A DNA stretch of 64,000 nt, from positions 188,108,001 through 188,172,000 of the forward strand of contig OZ024743.1 in the NCBI GenBank assembly GCA_964016885.1, written 5' to 3'. The position numbers and the translations under genes were made by a program. This DNA is from Eledone cirrhosa (Eukaryota). Position 1 is the stretch's first letter. The number at the start of each line of letters is the position of its first letter. The notes under the pieces were generated by a model. That model worked only from the letters and a program-made list of their open reading frames with translations, was not told the origin of the DNA and did not search any database. Shown in pieces: positions 41,075-55,900 of the stretch.

Positions 41075-41332
41075 GATGTGAGAGTAAGATTTGCTGTCCA
41101 CTGCCAACATGCCACCTCTGAGGCTGTGTCCTCGCTAGTGCTCTGGAAACCACAAGCAGTCGCTAATAACAGAGGGTGCAAGTTATCTTATCCCAATGTC
41201 ATCTCCAGAAATTCTGGTATTAAAATCCATGACTTGGCAACAACAATGAACGATAGAACCCCATGGAGATCAATTGTTGAGACAATTTCGGTCGAGGCTG
41301 CCGAATGATGATGATGATGATGATGATGATGA
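41075..41332 (+). mobile_element. LINE (RTE-like) 3' end with (GAT)n tail
   Basis: RVRFAVHC...LWKP...RG..MNDRTPWR followed by (TGA)n. Confidence 0.7.
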
Positions 41333-42698
41333 AATGTGACTACTACACAGGGAGAAAGAACCCTATCAGAAAACTGAAATGCAACAGGATATAGACATAT
41401 GTAGAAATTATATTCTTGGCCATTGGATAATGCTATATAAATTATAGATTCACTGCTTGGCTGAGTAATTCATAGTTAATATGATTTGTTATTAAAATCT
41501 CTGGTGCTTTCAAATCAGGTGATACATCCACTATACTAACTGTTTTCAGGTGTACACATGTTGCAATCCATGCTTCATATATACCATTAAAAGATTCCTG
41601 GACTGTACTGAGTTATGGATTAGCTCATCACATTACCTTTATAGAACCAGATATCACATTTTCATTTCATAAATAAGCAAAATGGACATTAGTGTCAAAC
41701 GTGGATGCAATTTTTATTGTGAATGCCCACTATTCGATATTTCTTCATAAACTAACTTTTAATAAATGTGATTATAGCTTTACCATCATTTCACATTTAT
41801 TTAAGAGCCTATGTTTATATCAATGTAAAAACTACAACAACTTTTATATTATGGCCATTCCCTTTGATTAACTCTTAGCTACCGGGAAAGACTTTCCTTT
41901 CTGAGATGAAATTTATAATCTATTAAATATATGTGTCTATTTTAATAGACATCATGCTATATTCTTCAATTGTAAACTTTAGTATGGGGATAAACAGATT
42001 ATATCATTTCATTTCTCTGCCTGCTGAGCTACCTACCTACCTACTTACATACCTACCTACATAGTCACATACATACACACATACATATATACACACTCAT
42101 ACATACATAAATACATACATACATAGATACATACATACATACATACATGGTGGCTGCCAACTCGTTTTCGAGTACAGCCACTACTTTATATCCATGTAGG
42201 AGAACCCCTACCGATGCGTTGAACAAGTGAACATACATACATACATACATAAGTGTCTCTCTAGCTACATATCTACTATCTACTATCTATTGGCTATTAA
42301 TCCATCTAATGTGCACAATAAAATTCAAACACTAGTTCAAATGCAAATATAATGTTTATGGTGAGATATCAAGGTTAAAATATTTGATCTGGTAATGCTC
42401 ATAAATATGTTTGTTACTAGTTGCCATGTGAATGAAATTACATAAATTATATATTCATATACATACATGCATATATATATGTGTGTGTGTGTATACAGCA
42501 TCTTCTTTCTGTTGGAATTACTGATCTACATTGGTTGGTTGTTTCTATGTTAACATTATTCACTATCTCTGATTAAATAGATTTTTGAAGAAATATGTTC
42601 AAATAACAAAGCCAGTTAAGTTTCACTATTTCCTCTTCTTTGAATCCTTTAGAAGGATTTATGATATAACTAACATTGTCATTATTAAGTTTGCCTAG

Positions 42699-43127
42699 GG
42701 CGGTGGATTGGTAGTATTTGTAGAGGGTCGGACGCTTTGCTTTGCAGCAAAGAGTTACGGCCCTTTATGGTCTGAGTTCAAATCCTGCCAAGGTTAATTT
42801 TGCCTTTCATCCTTACAGGGTCGATAAAATAAAGTACCAGTAATACACTGGGTTAATTGCTGTCCTTGTGCCAAAAGTAGAAACAATTATTAAGTTTGTG
42901 TAGGGCAGTGGATTGGCAGTCAATAGAGTGCTGGACAAATGCTTAGCAGTATTTGTCCCAGGTCTTTACATATACAGTTCAAATTTGACCATTGTTAACT
43001 TTACATTTGATCCTTCTAGTATAGATAGAATAAAGTACCAGTCAAGTTATGGTGTATATTTAATCGCGTTATCCCTCTCTCCAAATTTGCTAGCCTTGTG
43101 CTTAACTTAGAAACCATTATTAAGTTG
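42699..43127 (+). mobile_element. two tandem tRNA-derived SINEs (well conserved 42699-42890, more diverged 42903-43127)
   Basis: Both have A/B-box heads; attattaagtt(t/g)g occurs before, between and after them. Confidence 0.8.
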
Positions 43128-44453
43128 GTGTTTAGGACATAACTTAACAAAATGATGATAAATATAAATATTTTAAGTTGAATAGAGCTGAAAAGACCCA
43201 TCAGCTATGTCAAAGACATAACAGCCTTCTTAGTGCAGTTGGCATATTATAATGAACTCAATGGACTCTGCAGAGTATGGAAATACAAGGGAACTAGTAG
43301 TATGCCCCTAGCCCATATGAGAGATTAGTAGCTTTGATTAAGTACTGACCTCCTCTGTACCAACCCACCCAGGGAAATAGACTTGATGACGTTGGTGAGG
43401 TAGAGGAGGAGATCAGATCCAGTAGTGGTTTCGGTCATGCAAATCCCATCTTTTTCCAAGATATATTATAACTAGGACTACATTATCAAGTGTGTCCTTC
43501 CTTTTTTAGTACAATACATTATTTGAGAGACACTCGGTTGCTATTTTTAGAATTTTGAAAATCAACAAAGAGACAGTCATTTGGCTTGATACTAATGTAC
43601 CCAGAATGATAAAAATTAATAATTATTATTTTACTAATTTTTTTCAAATCTAAAATATTAGATTGAAATTTAACCTTAAGTAGAAGCAAGTTATTTGTGG
43701 TGATTTATAATTAGTGTGTGGTGAATGTGATAGTGGGGAATACCATAACAGTTTGGATTCTAAATGTTTCAATTATGGATTATGGGCTTGACTTTATGTA
43801 GAGAAACTGGGCCATGTATCTCATCGATGACAATCTCTCTCAAACCTATATTCATAGGACTCTTTAAAATAAGTAATGCAGGTGAATAGGAAACACAATG
43901 AAATTCATGGGGTATAGATAAACATTTGTTCCAACGAAAAATTCTTTATAATGAGATCAATCAAAATAAATTGAGCATTTGTTTGTTATTACCTGTGGGA
44001 TTGAAAAAAATTCATTATACTGCAAAATTCGTTATAATGGAATTTTACCTGTATTCTTGAAATTTGTAGTGGTGTCGATGCTTCCAGCAATGAGTCGTTT
44101 CTACCAGACAGAAGATACATACAGTTAGATAGACTGAGACTTATTTGTATTTGCTATGAACAAAGTACAGTGTTATTAACATGATAAAAACTCTTGATGT
44201 TTGGCTGTTTGTCCAGTGTACTATAGACTCAATAGTCTACAGTCAGAGTATTGCAGAATAATAGTGTCAATAAGCAAAGGAATACAAATACTGCAGCAGT
44301 TGAACGAAAATAAAATAGTGATGAACAATATTTTTAAAACAATCTCACTAGGTACACAGAATATTCATGTGTGTATAGACACATTCTTACAGGAGTATGA
44401 ACACAACCTAAGTGTAGCCATTTTATTTTTGCATAGGGTTAATAGCTCTTTGA

Positions 44454-44664
44454 CTCTTTAGGATTTAAATTGGCCAGAATGCTCTCACCTCTTTCTGTTC
44501 AAACAGGCCGTAAGTGGCTGCTAATACTGATGTTAAGGTATTATGCTCAAAATAAATAATATCAAAATCTCATAGATTCGATATTATATGAGATAATTAT
44601 GTGAGGTAAAGCCTTTACTGTGAAAATATGATAGTAAATACAAAGTAATGTAAATGCTAAAGGG
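44454..44664. mobile_element. piggyBac-type MITE, second copy
   Basis: Aligns with 9556-9772 and ends ctaaaggg|ttaa. Confidence 0.8.
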
Positions 44665-46129
44665 TTAAGGGAGAAACCTTATTCAGGTCTTGTAAAGAAA
44701 AACTTGTCCTTATATTTCTGTCTTGGATTATGGGTATAATTTAGAGTTGCTTTAAGAAGCTATTTGATAATCTTCATCATCATTGCTTTTTTGTCAACTT
44801 TTCCATGCTGGCCTGGGTTGGATGGGATTTTTTGAGGTAATGTTTCACAGCCTGAAGCTGTTCCTGATACCATACCTTTTAGTCGCTTCTTACAATACAC
44901 AAGGGTATAGTGTACTCAAATGTAAACCAAAGTTTTAAATAAGTTAAAATAAATAGATATTCCATTGATTGCTGTTTATAATGAAATCTCTTACTTTGAA
45001 CTCTGCAAAGCATTCTATCTAATATTCTAATGACTGTGCCAATTGCCTCCTATCAGTAAATATATATAATTGAAATATCCAAATAGGTAATCTAAAACAG
45101 GGATGCATATGTTTCTCTAAATCTGAATGTATTTGCTAAACAAATACATTCATATAATAAGACAAGATTTCATCTAATCTCACATGCTATCACAATATCA
45201 GTAATCTGGCTTGAATGAAAATATTCATGTATAAATAAAAATCGCAATTAAAATCTGAAACAAGCTGAAATTATGTTTATATGTAAGATACTACAGCTTT
45301 AATCTGTAATTATTTAATAATGATATTCTTACAATATGTAACCAATTAGTTTAAACTGACTGAGTGTGTTTATCTCATGATGCAGTCAAAAGTTTTAGAA
45401 AAATTGTTTGAGCAAATATATATATATGAGAATAATGGTTTCTTTATTTATACATATGAGAATAATGAAAAGTCTTAAATATCTTATTCACTATGCTCTT
45501 GTTTATTCATAAGTGGCTATTACTGTGTTTGTACATTATCAGTCACATATATTACATAGTTTCTAATCAGTGATAAGCAGAATAATACTTTTGAGATTTC
45601 TGAACAGTGTTTAATGTTTATTCCCAGTCTACTATCAATATATTTTACTGATGAACTTGTGATCTGCAAATGCTTTCCATGGAAATATTTTGAAATCTAA
45701 TGTTTATTTCAATATTGTTCCATCTGTCATTTACTTATATAGTAAAATAGTAGAATCTAAGGAAACTAATGAATTTTAGTATTGAGAAAAAGTAATATAA
45801 GTAAGGCGTACAGAGGAATATGTTTTATGCCATGAGGAAGAAATATCTAATGTTTCAGATGCATGCTCTTCTTTTGAGAGAGCAAATATATAGAAACAAT
45901 TGCAGATTAAACTAGAAGAATTGAAAATGTGTTGTTGAGGGGTAGATGTGGAGAAAAGGGAGAGGAAGACAGTGTGAGTGGTGTTGGAGTTAAGCCAATT
46001 AATATGGAAGCAGTGTGAACAATATGGTAGGTGGTGTGAGTTGTATGATGTGAGAAGAAGTAGATTGTGGTTGAAGATTAGTGCTATTTAATTATAGTTG
46101 TGTACATATAGCAAATATCTATAGTATTG

Positions 46130-46335
46130 ATTTCTAATTTAATGACAAGGCCAGTACATTTGGAGGAAAAGTAAAGTTGATTAAGTAGACCATACTACTT
46201 GAGTGGTACTTTATTATATTGACCCGCAGAAGGATGAAAGGCATAGTTGACCTGGATGGAATTTGAATTCAGAATGTAAAGAGCAAGAATAAATATGACA
46301 GTGGCATTTTTTCTACTAATTCTGCCAATTCATTG
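46130..46335 (-). mobile_element. old tRNA-derived SINE
   Basis: ggtactttatt, ggatgaaaggc and atttgaattcag blocks. Confidence 0.65.
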
Positions 46336-47102
46336 CTCATATATCTACAATATTAAGTTAAGAAAAGGTATTTTTTTCATCAGTAAGAAAATCTTACTTC
46401 GAAATTAATATTATACAAAGTTTCATATTCACAATTTCAATTAGGAAACGTTACTCAGATTATTGATATAAAGCAAGGAATATAAGAAGCCATGAAAATA
46501 CTGGGATGATTTGTTTATTTTTCTTCTTAGATATTATTGAATGGCAGTTCAATAGAATGACTGCAGTCTAATGAAGGAAACTATTAAAACAATAAAATAA
46601 TCAACACACCCATATTTGTTCATAATCATCGTCATGTTTACATCTGCTTTTCTATGCTTACATGGGTTGGGTGCATTTTCTCCCTCATATTTTTCCCCCT
46701 GCATGCTGCCTCTCTTCATCTGCCAGTGTTCTGAGATCAACTCTCACCATTTCTGCACGGGTTTTCCTTGGCCTTCCTCTTCTGAAACTCCTTTGTCAAT
46801 CATATCAACTCCAGTACTAATTTTGTCAAATCTAGTACGTATTTTATTGATCACATTTTTGTCACACCACTAAGTTACAAGACATAATGCAGACAGACAA
46901 AAATGTAAACACAGACGTGGACACTCACACATTCATATCTTTATCATCATCATTGTTTTTACATCGATATTTAAATCCTGGTATTGTTGGATGGGACTTT
47001 TTGAGGACATATTTTACAGGCTCTTGTTGATACCAACCCTTTCAATCACTTCTTATGACACACAGGGATTTTGTATACCTATTACACAATTACACACATG
47101 CT

Positions 47103-47191
<89 letters not shown>

Positions 47192-47417
47192 GTGTGTGTG
47201 TGTGCACGTGTGTGTCATCATTTCATCATCATTTCATTTTACGTCCACTTTTCCCTGCTTGCAAGGGTGGGACGGGAACTGATTCTGGCTTGATTTCTAC
47301 AGCTGGATGCCCTTCCTAACACCAACCTCATTTACAGTGAGTGCTGGGTGCTTTTTTGCCGTGGCACCTCCACGACCACTTTGCAGTGGAATGATAGGGA
47401 CCCCAGTCCCTATCATC

Positions 47418-47560
47418 TCATTTCTACAGCTGAGTAAACTGGAGCAATGTGAAATAAAGTCTCTTGCTCAAGGAAACAACACATCACCCGGTCTGAGAAT
47501 TGAACTCACAACCTTTCGATTGCAAGGCCAATGCTCTAATCACTAAGCCATGTGCCTCCA
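47418..47560 (-). mobile_element. tRNA-derived CORE-like SINE head
   Basis: Minus strand has A box tggcttagtga, B box gagttcaattc, then ccttgagcaagagactttatttc (CORE-like); a related copy lies at ~63700-63800(+). Confidence 0.7.
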
Positions 47561-48729
47561 TGTGTGTATATATATATATATACCTTTCTATCTCACAGGA
47601 TCCAACATTAACTGCCATAGTTTCTCAACGACTCTCTTTAATGTGGAGAAAATGGACAGAAAGACGGTGTGAGTGGTGTTGGAGCTGAGCCAATTAATAT
47701 GGAAGCAGTGTGAACAATATGGTAGGTGGTGTGAGTTGTATGATGTTTGCATTTGCATTTCACATTAGTGGACTCCCATAGTAAAATATTTATGTCAGGT
47801 TCATTGCCTCTCATGACATGGTCTGCAAAGAGAAGAAACCTGATACAGATGGTAGGCTAATGGGTGGGTGGTTGCCATAAAGAATTTTGTTTGTTATATA
47901 GCTGAGGCATTTGAAGTTTTTTATCCTTCTTAACATTCATGAGTAGCAACGATCTAAAACTTTGATGATAGGTGTTGTCATTGACCATTATTCCTGTGAA
48001 TATATATATATAGCAAGGGTAAAAGTATAACTCTATGTGTATGTAGGAAGCTATATATGAAAGTTTATAACTGTCAAATAGTTTTACACAAGGCTCAATG
48101 TGTTTATGTAGTAATGGTTGGAATAATTGAGAGATACTTTTGAAGAAAAATATACAGAAAGATAGATGCAAACACAAAACATATATAAACAAAGAAAAAG
48201 ACTGAATAAGTTTGATCAACATATCTAATGCTTTACAATTGTTTTGGCGATGACATGAATCATTACACAGTTAGTCAAAAGGATAAATTTGTTTATAATA
48301 TATGTAAAGAAAAAGAAAAAGAAAACATGGTAATACCTCCTCAGAATAAAAAGCAAGCATTAAAATAAAACCAAATACGCCAAAGTCTAGCCTTGTAGCG
48401 CAAGATGCAGGTCAGTGGAGATTACATTTACTACAATATGACATTCTAAAGTTTCATTTGACTAACTGTGTAATGAATGGTTGGTGGTTTCGCTGAAACA
48501 ATTGAAATGCATTACATGAGGTAAGAAGATTCATCTACCTGTCCCTCACATAGTGGATTGTCTCTCTGTTGACCATTGGCCGCTGTTGTCTGTCCTCTGA
48601 TGCATTTTTGCCCACCACTGTCTTTTACCGCATTTAGTTGTTTTAATGGTTGTTCTAGCAATGAATTTCCTCGTTTTTATATATATTCAAATACACTCTC
48701 ACTTCTTGTCAATCGAAGACAACATTGTT

Positions 48730-50070
48730 TTCATCATCATCATCATCATCCTTTAACGTCCATCTTCCACGCTAGCATGGGTTAGATGGTTTTGTTACAT
48801 TTGGTGCAGGGAATGGTCAGGAGACCGTGTGTCGCTCACACAGAAGTATCTTTGGCAGTTTTTTTTACAGCTGGATGCTCTTCCTAACACCAACCATATT
48901 TACAGTGTGGACTGGGAGCCTTTTTACCATGTCTCCTACATGGCGACCTTACAGTGTGGACTGTTGCGTCATCGACACAGTGGATTGAATGGGAAAGGGA
49001 GGATGGGGTAGGCGTGAGGTGGGGTGTACATTGGGTTAAGAGGTGCCTACTTACTGTAGGTTTGTATGCAATGGCAGTCAGGTCTTCTGTACAACTGCAT
49101 GGCGCCAAAGATCACGATCCAGTGTCATTGTCTTAGAGAGGTGTAAGTGAGCAAGGTCAGTTTTTATCACCTTGTCCTAGGATTTTCTTGGTCTACCCAC
49201 TCCAAAGCTTCCATCAATTTTCATTGCCCTGCACTTTTTTATACAGCTGTCGTCCTTCATACGCATCACATGTCCATACCAACGCAATCTCCTCTCCAGA
49301 ACACAACATTTGATACCTCTTATGCTTAGTCTCTCTCTTAATTCATTTATGCTTCAGCTTTTGCACACATTACTATTAGACATCCATCAGAGCATACAAG
49401 CTTCATTTCTTTCTAATCTATGCAGGTCTTCAGCACATAACCCCTAGGTCTCACTACCATGTAATATCACCGTTCGTATACAGGCATCATACAATCTGCC
49501 TTTCATTTTTAGAGAAAAACCCCTTGTGGCCAACAGTGGTATTAGCTCTCTGAACTTTTTCCATCCCGTTCTAACTCTGGCTACTACACTTTGAGACCAC
49601 CCTCCTCCACTGCTGATTTCATCACCCAGCTAACAGAAAGTGTCTACTATTTCTATAGAACCATCTGGGCAGTAGAAGAAGATAGGGTCTTTGCTACTTA
49701 CTGCACCTGAGCATTGGCCACATATAAAATCTACATTCTTAGATAGCTTATCTGTGATCCCACTACATCTTTTATATACCCATAGTTTGCATTTGGGACA
49801 TAAAATGAAGTTTCTACCTACTCCTTTCTTACACACTGAGCATCGTCATTTCCCAGAGGGTACCTGTGCCCTATTCTCCTTTCTACATACTCGAACCTTA
49901 GTCTTAGACAAGTTGACTCTAAGGCCTTTTAATTCGAGGCCATGCTTCCATGTTTGGAACTTCCTCTGCAGTTCAGCCATGGATTCAGCTGTGAGAGTTA
50001 GATCATCTGCATATAGAAGTTTCCATGGGCAGCCAGTCGTAACCCCTTTTGTTATGGTCTGTAGGATAAA
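48730..50070 (-). mobile_element. second long copy of the PHD-containing RTE LINE (decayed)
   Basis: GCPWKLLYADDL and CKKGVGRN.ILCPKCKLWV.KRC; the 3' UTR and (GAT)n tail match 33480-34845. Confidence 0.92.
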
Positions 50071-50557
50071 TAAACAGGCGGGGGCTAAGCACAGAGATGC
50101 TTCTTCAGTTTCCATCAACCAAATTTCACAAACCAGGCATTAGTCATCCCAAGGATATAGTAGAATACACTCGTCGCAGGTGTCATGCTGTAAAACTGAA
50201 CCCAGAACCAACATTACCCACTCAGCCATGCTGGTGTATATGTTAGTTACCAAATGTGATCAACAGTTAATATATGATCACTCTGCTTTTGTTAAAAAAA
50301 TGCTAGAGATTTCTTTGTGAGAATCTAATTAATTTTGATTTCTAAATTTACCTCAACTACACATATTTTAGAAGAAGCATATGTTCATCTAATTGACTCC
50401 ACTGCTTTTATCGTTTTTATTTTATCAATCCCACTCAAAAGGATGAGAAGTAAAGTTGTCCCCAACAAGATGTTAATACAGAAAGTAAAGAAAATACTGC
50501 ATGTCTAGCTGCTTATTAATTTTGGTTTTCATAGCCCTACCAATTAGACATTATTTA

Positions 50558-50745
50558 GCGGTGGATTGGCAGTATCAGTAGAGGGTCAGACACCATGCTT
50601 TCCAGCATAGTTACTTCCCTTTACGATCTGAGTTCAAATCCTGCCGAGGTTGACCTTGCCTTTCATCCTTACGGGGTCGATAAAATAAAGTACCAGTAAT
50701 GCACTGGGTAATTGCTGGCCTTGTGCCTAAAGTAGAAACAATTAT
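50558..50745 (+). mobile_element. full-length tRNA-derived SINE
   Basis: A box tggcagtatcag, B box gagttcaaatcc and conserved body. Confidence 0.88.
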
Positions 50746-52829
50746 TTAATGTCTATATCAAATCTTTCCATTCAAATTCAACTTAAGTGTTTTACATAGT
50801 TGAGATTTGGCAGCTATTTTTTGCTGGTCAACTGACTGAGCCCTAATACTTCTAATGTTAACACTACCATTCATACCTCCAAGTAACAACAACATAAATA
50901 CCATTAAGATATTGAATTCAACTCAACCAAATACCATATATCTCACAAACTAAATTATTTCTTTGTCCAAAATATTTCTCATTGGTAGTTGTGGTTTGAC
51001 AACTTAAAAACACATTATAGCCATGACTATCCTATTATTTTCTTCTAGCAAAGTGCATCTATGGCCACATTATCCAATGTAGTAATTCCTTTTTAAGACA
51101 GACAGTTACGATTTGAGGGGGATTTGTTCTTATTTTTAGTAGGTGGACTGGTAATTACAGTTTGAACTAATGACCATAATGTCATGGGTTGGTAGCAACT
51201 TCTAGCAGGAGCTGCAACTGGCAAATGATATCAGCAATGGAAAGACCAATGCAAACATTGTTTCTTTGGTTTGATCTAATGGTCGGCTCCTTTACTTTTT
51301 CGTTTTTGTAGCAGGTCATGTAACTATGCAGATGCTCTCACATTAACTACTTTCTTGACGGTTCTATAATAATATAGCAAAGTGATTTCTATTTCAAGGA
51401 CACTTCCCATGAGAATAGAAAATAAAAGCATCAAGATCTGTTATTAATTGGTCTAAGTACTCTTATAGTTCATATATATTTAGGAGACAACTATCTTATT
51501 AATTTTTTCTATTTCTTACATGTGTACTATTTGCAAGTGTCTTTAATAGTTCCATGTTTTCATGGTAAACTTTACAAAATGTCACAATCAACTGTTATGA
51601 AAATATCTTTATGAGTTGCCATTTATTTTTCATTTCTATTCTTATGTTTACTATTTACTCTTAAGGTTACTGCCGTTAAACTGATTAGAATAGACAGTAA
51701 ATCTATATTTCAGCTTTGGTATAATAATAATTGAAATGATAGAATGAATTGTCAGTGGATTTGTGGTAGACAATATTACCAGATGATGCTCTGGTATTTA
51801 AATAATAAATATGTATTTGCAACACAATGTATATTAAAAGATCTAAGATAAATTTAGGTAAAACTACAGAGACTTACATCATGGGACTTGCTGTTAAAAG
51901 AAAAAAAAATGAAAAGGCCTTGTGTCATTCTCTTTGTACTGACAGACAATAACCTAAGAGATTGTCCCTCCATGTTTCACACCTAGTTAATCAGAAGACA
52001 AGTACCCTATCCTTCTTTATATGCAGAGAATATAGGGTAGAAGGTTAGGTCAAACACAAACCAGAACTTAACTGAAATGTCTAGTCTAATTCCTTTTCAT
52101 AGTGAGGCATAAAATTTAATTAAATATTTATTATATAATTAATTTCATTGCCTGATGTATATATCTAATGAAAAATTAAAATATTAATAATCAAAACTAT
52201 ATTCAATATAAGCTAACCAATTCAGAATTAGTTATCTGTTTAGATCTAAATGACTTGATGTTGATCCCAGCTTCTTATTTTCAGCCTAAAAATGGAAATA
52301 TTGGTTTAAAAACTTTGAAACTTTCTTTACGTTTCTTCCTCAAGTCAATTTTAGGAAGCTAGTTTTCTTCATAAGATATGTCATCAAAAAGATATGAAGC
52401 TATCTCTCAATATGCTACAAGTGAAAAAGCCATTAGTATCTTTCAAATGAAATGCATAAAGCATACCAACGAATCTTTTCTAAAACCTTGCAGCCTTAAG
52501 TAATGACTTTAATTTTGAATTTGTCAACTGTTGGTTCAGTTGAAAGAAATTGCATCTTATATGATAGCAAACAGTTAGCCCATTCATTTTGAGCTGCTAT
52601 ATCTGACCACAATGTTTGCTACATCCTCCTAATTGTTTAGTTTTGTGAATTGAAAGACAAAAGAACAATGTAGCAGAATTCATTTAGTAGAAGTTAGGTA
52701 GATTGTATCAATGAATTATTAGTTATTAACACGAAAGAATTTGTAAGTATTCTAAAAATGAATTGACCAAAATAATGGACTAAATTATTGTATTATATAA
52801 GAAAAATCAAATTTGCCTGCAGTCTTTTG

Positions 52830-52955
52830 ATAATTGTTTATACTTTAGGCACAAGGCCAGCAATTACTCAGTACATTACTAGTACTTTATTTTATCGACC
52901 CCGTAAGGATGAAAGGCAAAGTTAACCTTTCATCCTTATGGGGTCGATAAAATAA
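52830..52955 (-). mobile_element. truncated SINE with 5' inversion (hairpin)
   Basis: ttttatcgaccccgtaaggatgaaagg / cctttcatccttatggggtcgataaaa. Confidence 0.75.
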
Positions 52956-55900
52956 TGACAGTCACTCACAATGTTTAACAAGCTTTGCTGAATTTTATCA
53001 TATGATTGTAGTTGTTTGCGGGTTGTCTGCACTATCAGATGTTATATTGTTACTGTATCGCAAGATGAAACAAGCATGCCAATATGCCTCTTTGTTAGTA
53101 TATCTTTGTCTTCCCTCACCTTAGTCAGCCTCATCCGATATCATTTACTCTATGCACAACCCCTCCCTTACTATTTAAATTAACTCCACCTACCTTCTGT
53201 ATAATGCTGGGGCTGATAAAATGCACTCAAATAACACAGTAGAGAATTTGATAATAATTGGTTATAATATCGTAGAATGGAGAAGATATTTTAGTAATGT
53301 TGAGGGCATGAAAACCACTCTAGTTCTAGTCCCATGTTAAAATACATCCATTACACTCTCGAAGGGGGTGATTTTTGGAGGGCATCCAGACATAGAAATA
53401 AGCCCAACAAGGGAATGTAAAAGCAAGACGTGATTCTCTGATTCACCTTTTAAAGCTGTAACTTTGAATATGAATTACAATCTGTTCATCCAATATCACT
53501 ATAGAAAGCAAATGTTTAATAATCATATCTCTATACTCATATCCCTCACCTCGCAAAAGGTGAACATTACTCCTGAGGAAAGACATAACTACATTTCAAG
53601 AACACAATAAGACAGAAAAGACCAAGATCAATTTTTAGAGACTTATTTTTATATCGATTTTCCATGCTGGCTTGGGTTTTGAATAGGATCTTTTGAGGCA
53701 ATGATCACAACCAGATGCTCTTCGTTGATGTGCCAATCCATTTAGTTGCTTCTTACCACATGCAGGTATACACTATACCTTCTACCATATGAATATTTGT
53801 GCAAGGTATGGAGATCCCACTTCCGCCAAATGATCTCTTATACTGCTTATTATTGATTTGGGATTAATTTCTGAAACAATGGCTGTGTGTAGATGTATGC
53901 ATGAGATAGAGTGGGGAGAACTCTGAAATGGCAACTCGAAAGAAATTTTGTGTATAAGTTTGTTTAAGATAATTATTTCACCTGGAATTGAGGTTATTTT
54001 TCTTGTAGAAGGAAGGGAAAATCTCATTTAGATATCTTGGGGAAAGTGTTTGTTTGATTATTCTATTTCTGCAAGAAATATCATTATGTTTGATCTTTGT
54101 AGATAAGTCGTGCAAGAGCAGTATGTAGCTATAATCATTAGTCTTAATCTCACATGATATATGGCAACCTGTGCAACTATAATAAAGCAATTTAAAGGTT
54201 GAAGGCTATGAAATGTATGAAGATTATTGAAAGAACATATATCAGATGAAGAGAAATTAGCGTGGCATATATATCAAACAATAATATCTTATACTGATTT
54301 TGCTACATATTTTATGAGGTATTTTTATTATTATTGTTTTTATTAATATGATTATCCAGGGCAAAATATGGCAGAATTGGTAGAGCATTAAACAAAATTC
54401 CCTGAGGTATTTAGTTTTAGTCCTTTCCATTCTAAGACATCAAAATGGCAGAATCATTAGAGTATGGGATAGAATGACTTGTAGCATTTTTTCAGTTCTC
54501 AGCACTGTGGGTTCAAATTTTGCTGAGGTGAACTTTATCTTTAATTCCTTTGGAGTTTGATTAATAAAGTGCAATTAAAAGGCAGGATCTTGAAATAATT
54601 GCTAGTGCTTTAGGCAGGATGCTTTATATCAATTACTTATCTTCTATATAAAAAAAGTCTTTACTAAGCCCTGCATCTAGGAAAAGACCTTTCTATATGT
54701 ACATATATATTGCTACAGAATATTTGGAGGTACTCTTTGGATTTACATTCTAAATTCAAATCCCTTCTAGAGAGTATGGAATAAGTATCAGGTAAAAACG
54801 AGAGCAAATTGAATCTCCCTAATATGTAGCCTTGTGTCTATATTCGGAATTACTATTGTAACTAGCTGGTCCTGTGCCATAAAAAAATGACAGCTAATTA
54901 TAATATCTATACATAATATAAAAAAGAGATGTTTGTTTGTTGGTTGGTTTGTTGGTTCCTTTGCACTCACCCAGAGAAGTGATACAAACATACAAAGAGA
55001 CAGCTGTGACGAATTTTAGTGCGCTGAACTTCTATAGTTTCTCATTCTCCCTCCTTCCTCAATCATCACATAGATGTGTGTGTATGTAATAATTATTTTT
55101 TCTAAGTGTGTCTGTTTATATATATGTATGTGTAGATTCGTGTGTGTTTGTAATTTTATTGTCTATGTATCTTTTTAATAAACACACACAAACACATATA
55201 CATTCACACAAATATTGTATATAAATACACAAACACACATATACACACATACAAACACATACATAATCATAACAGCCAATGTGTGTAACCAATTTGCTAT
55301 TCATATACACACACAGAGGTGTAATAAATATTAGATACTGTCACCCCTACTTCCTCAATTGACGTAATCACCCCTTCCTTCCTCAGTCATCTGTACTTCA
55401 TTACGGACAAATACACAAGGCTATTATATTAGTAGATTATATTTGTTATGATTTTTTTAAGATCAGACAGCTTTACAATATCAAGAAATGATTCAAAATT
55501 GATGCTGGTTGAATCTATCTGCAAATTACTATTTAGATTATATTTGTTATGGTCAAAATATGTATCTACATCTTCATTTTCATCTCCAACTTCATTGGTG
55601 TCATTATAGTTTACCTCCACCTCCTCCTCCTTCTCATCATCAGTAGCAGTTGTGCTAAAAACATTACCAAGAAAATATTCACTGCATAAAACACACTATC
55701 AATACAAAATTAATCACTAAAATTCCCTACAAATCATGAAGAGGTATGCAGAGAGAAAGAGAGAGAGGGGGATAAAGAGCAAGCAAGAGAGAGAGTGTGA
55801 GACACACACATACACACACATTGTACACACTTGCACATTCTAAATGTGAGATATGGATAAACTTCAATGAAATGGAATTTTTGTTTGGAAATTATGAGGA

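Noticed and set aside
41534-41680. TACTAAC plus TTTTCAG acceptor
   Set aside because: The downstream frames give short unrecognisable peptides and no clear donor; insufficient support.
50558-50650. tRNA gene
   Set aside because: The A/B boxes belong to a multi-copy SINE; there is no proper cloverleaf.
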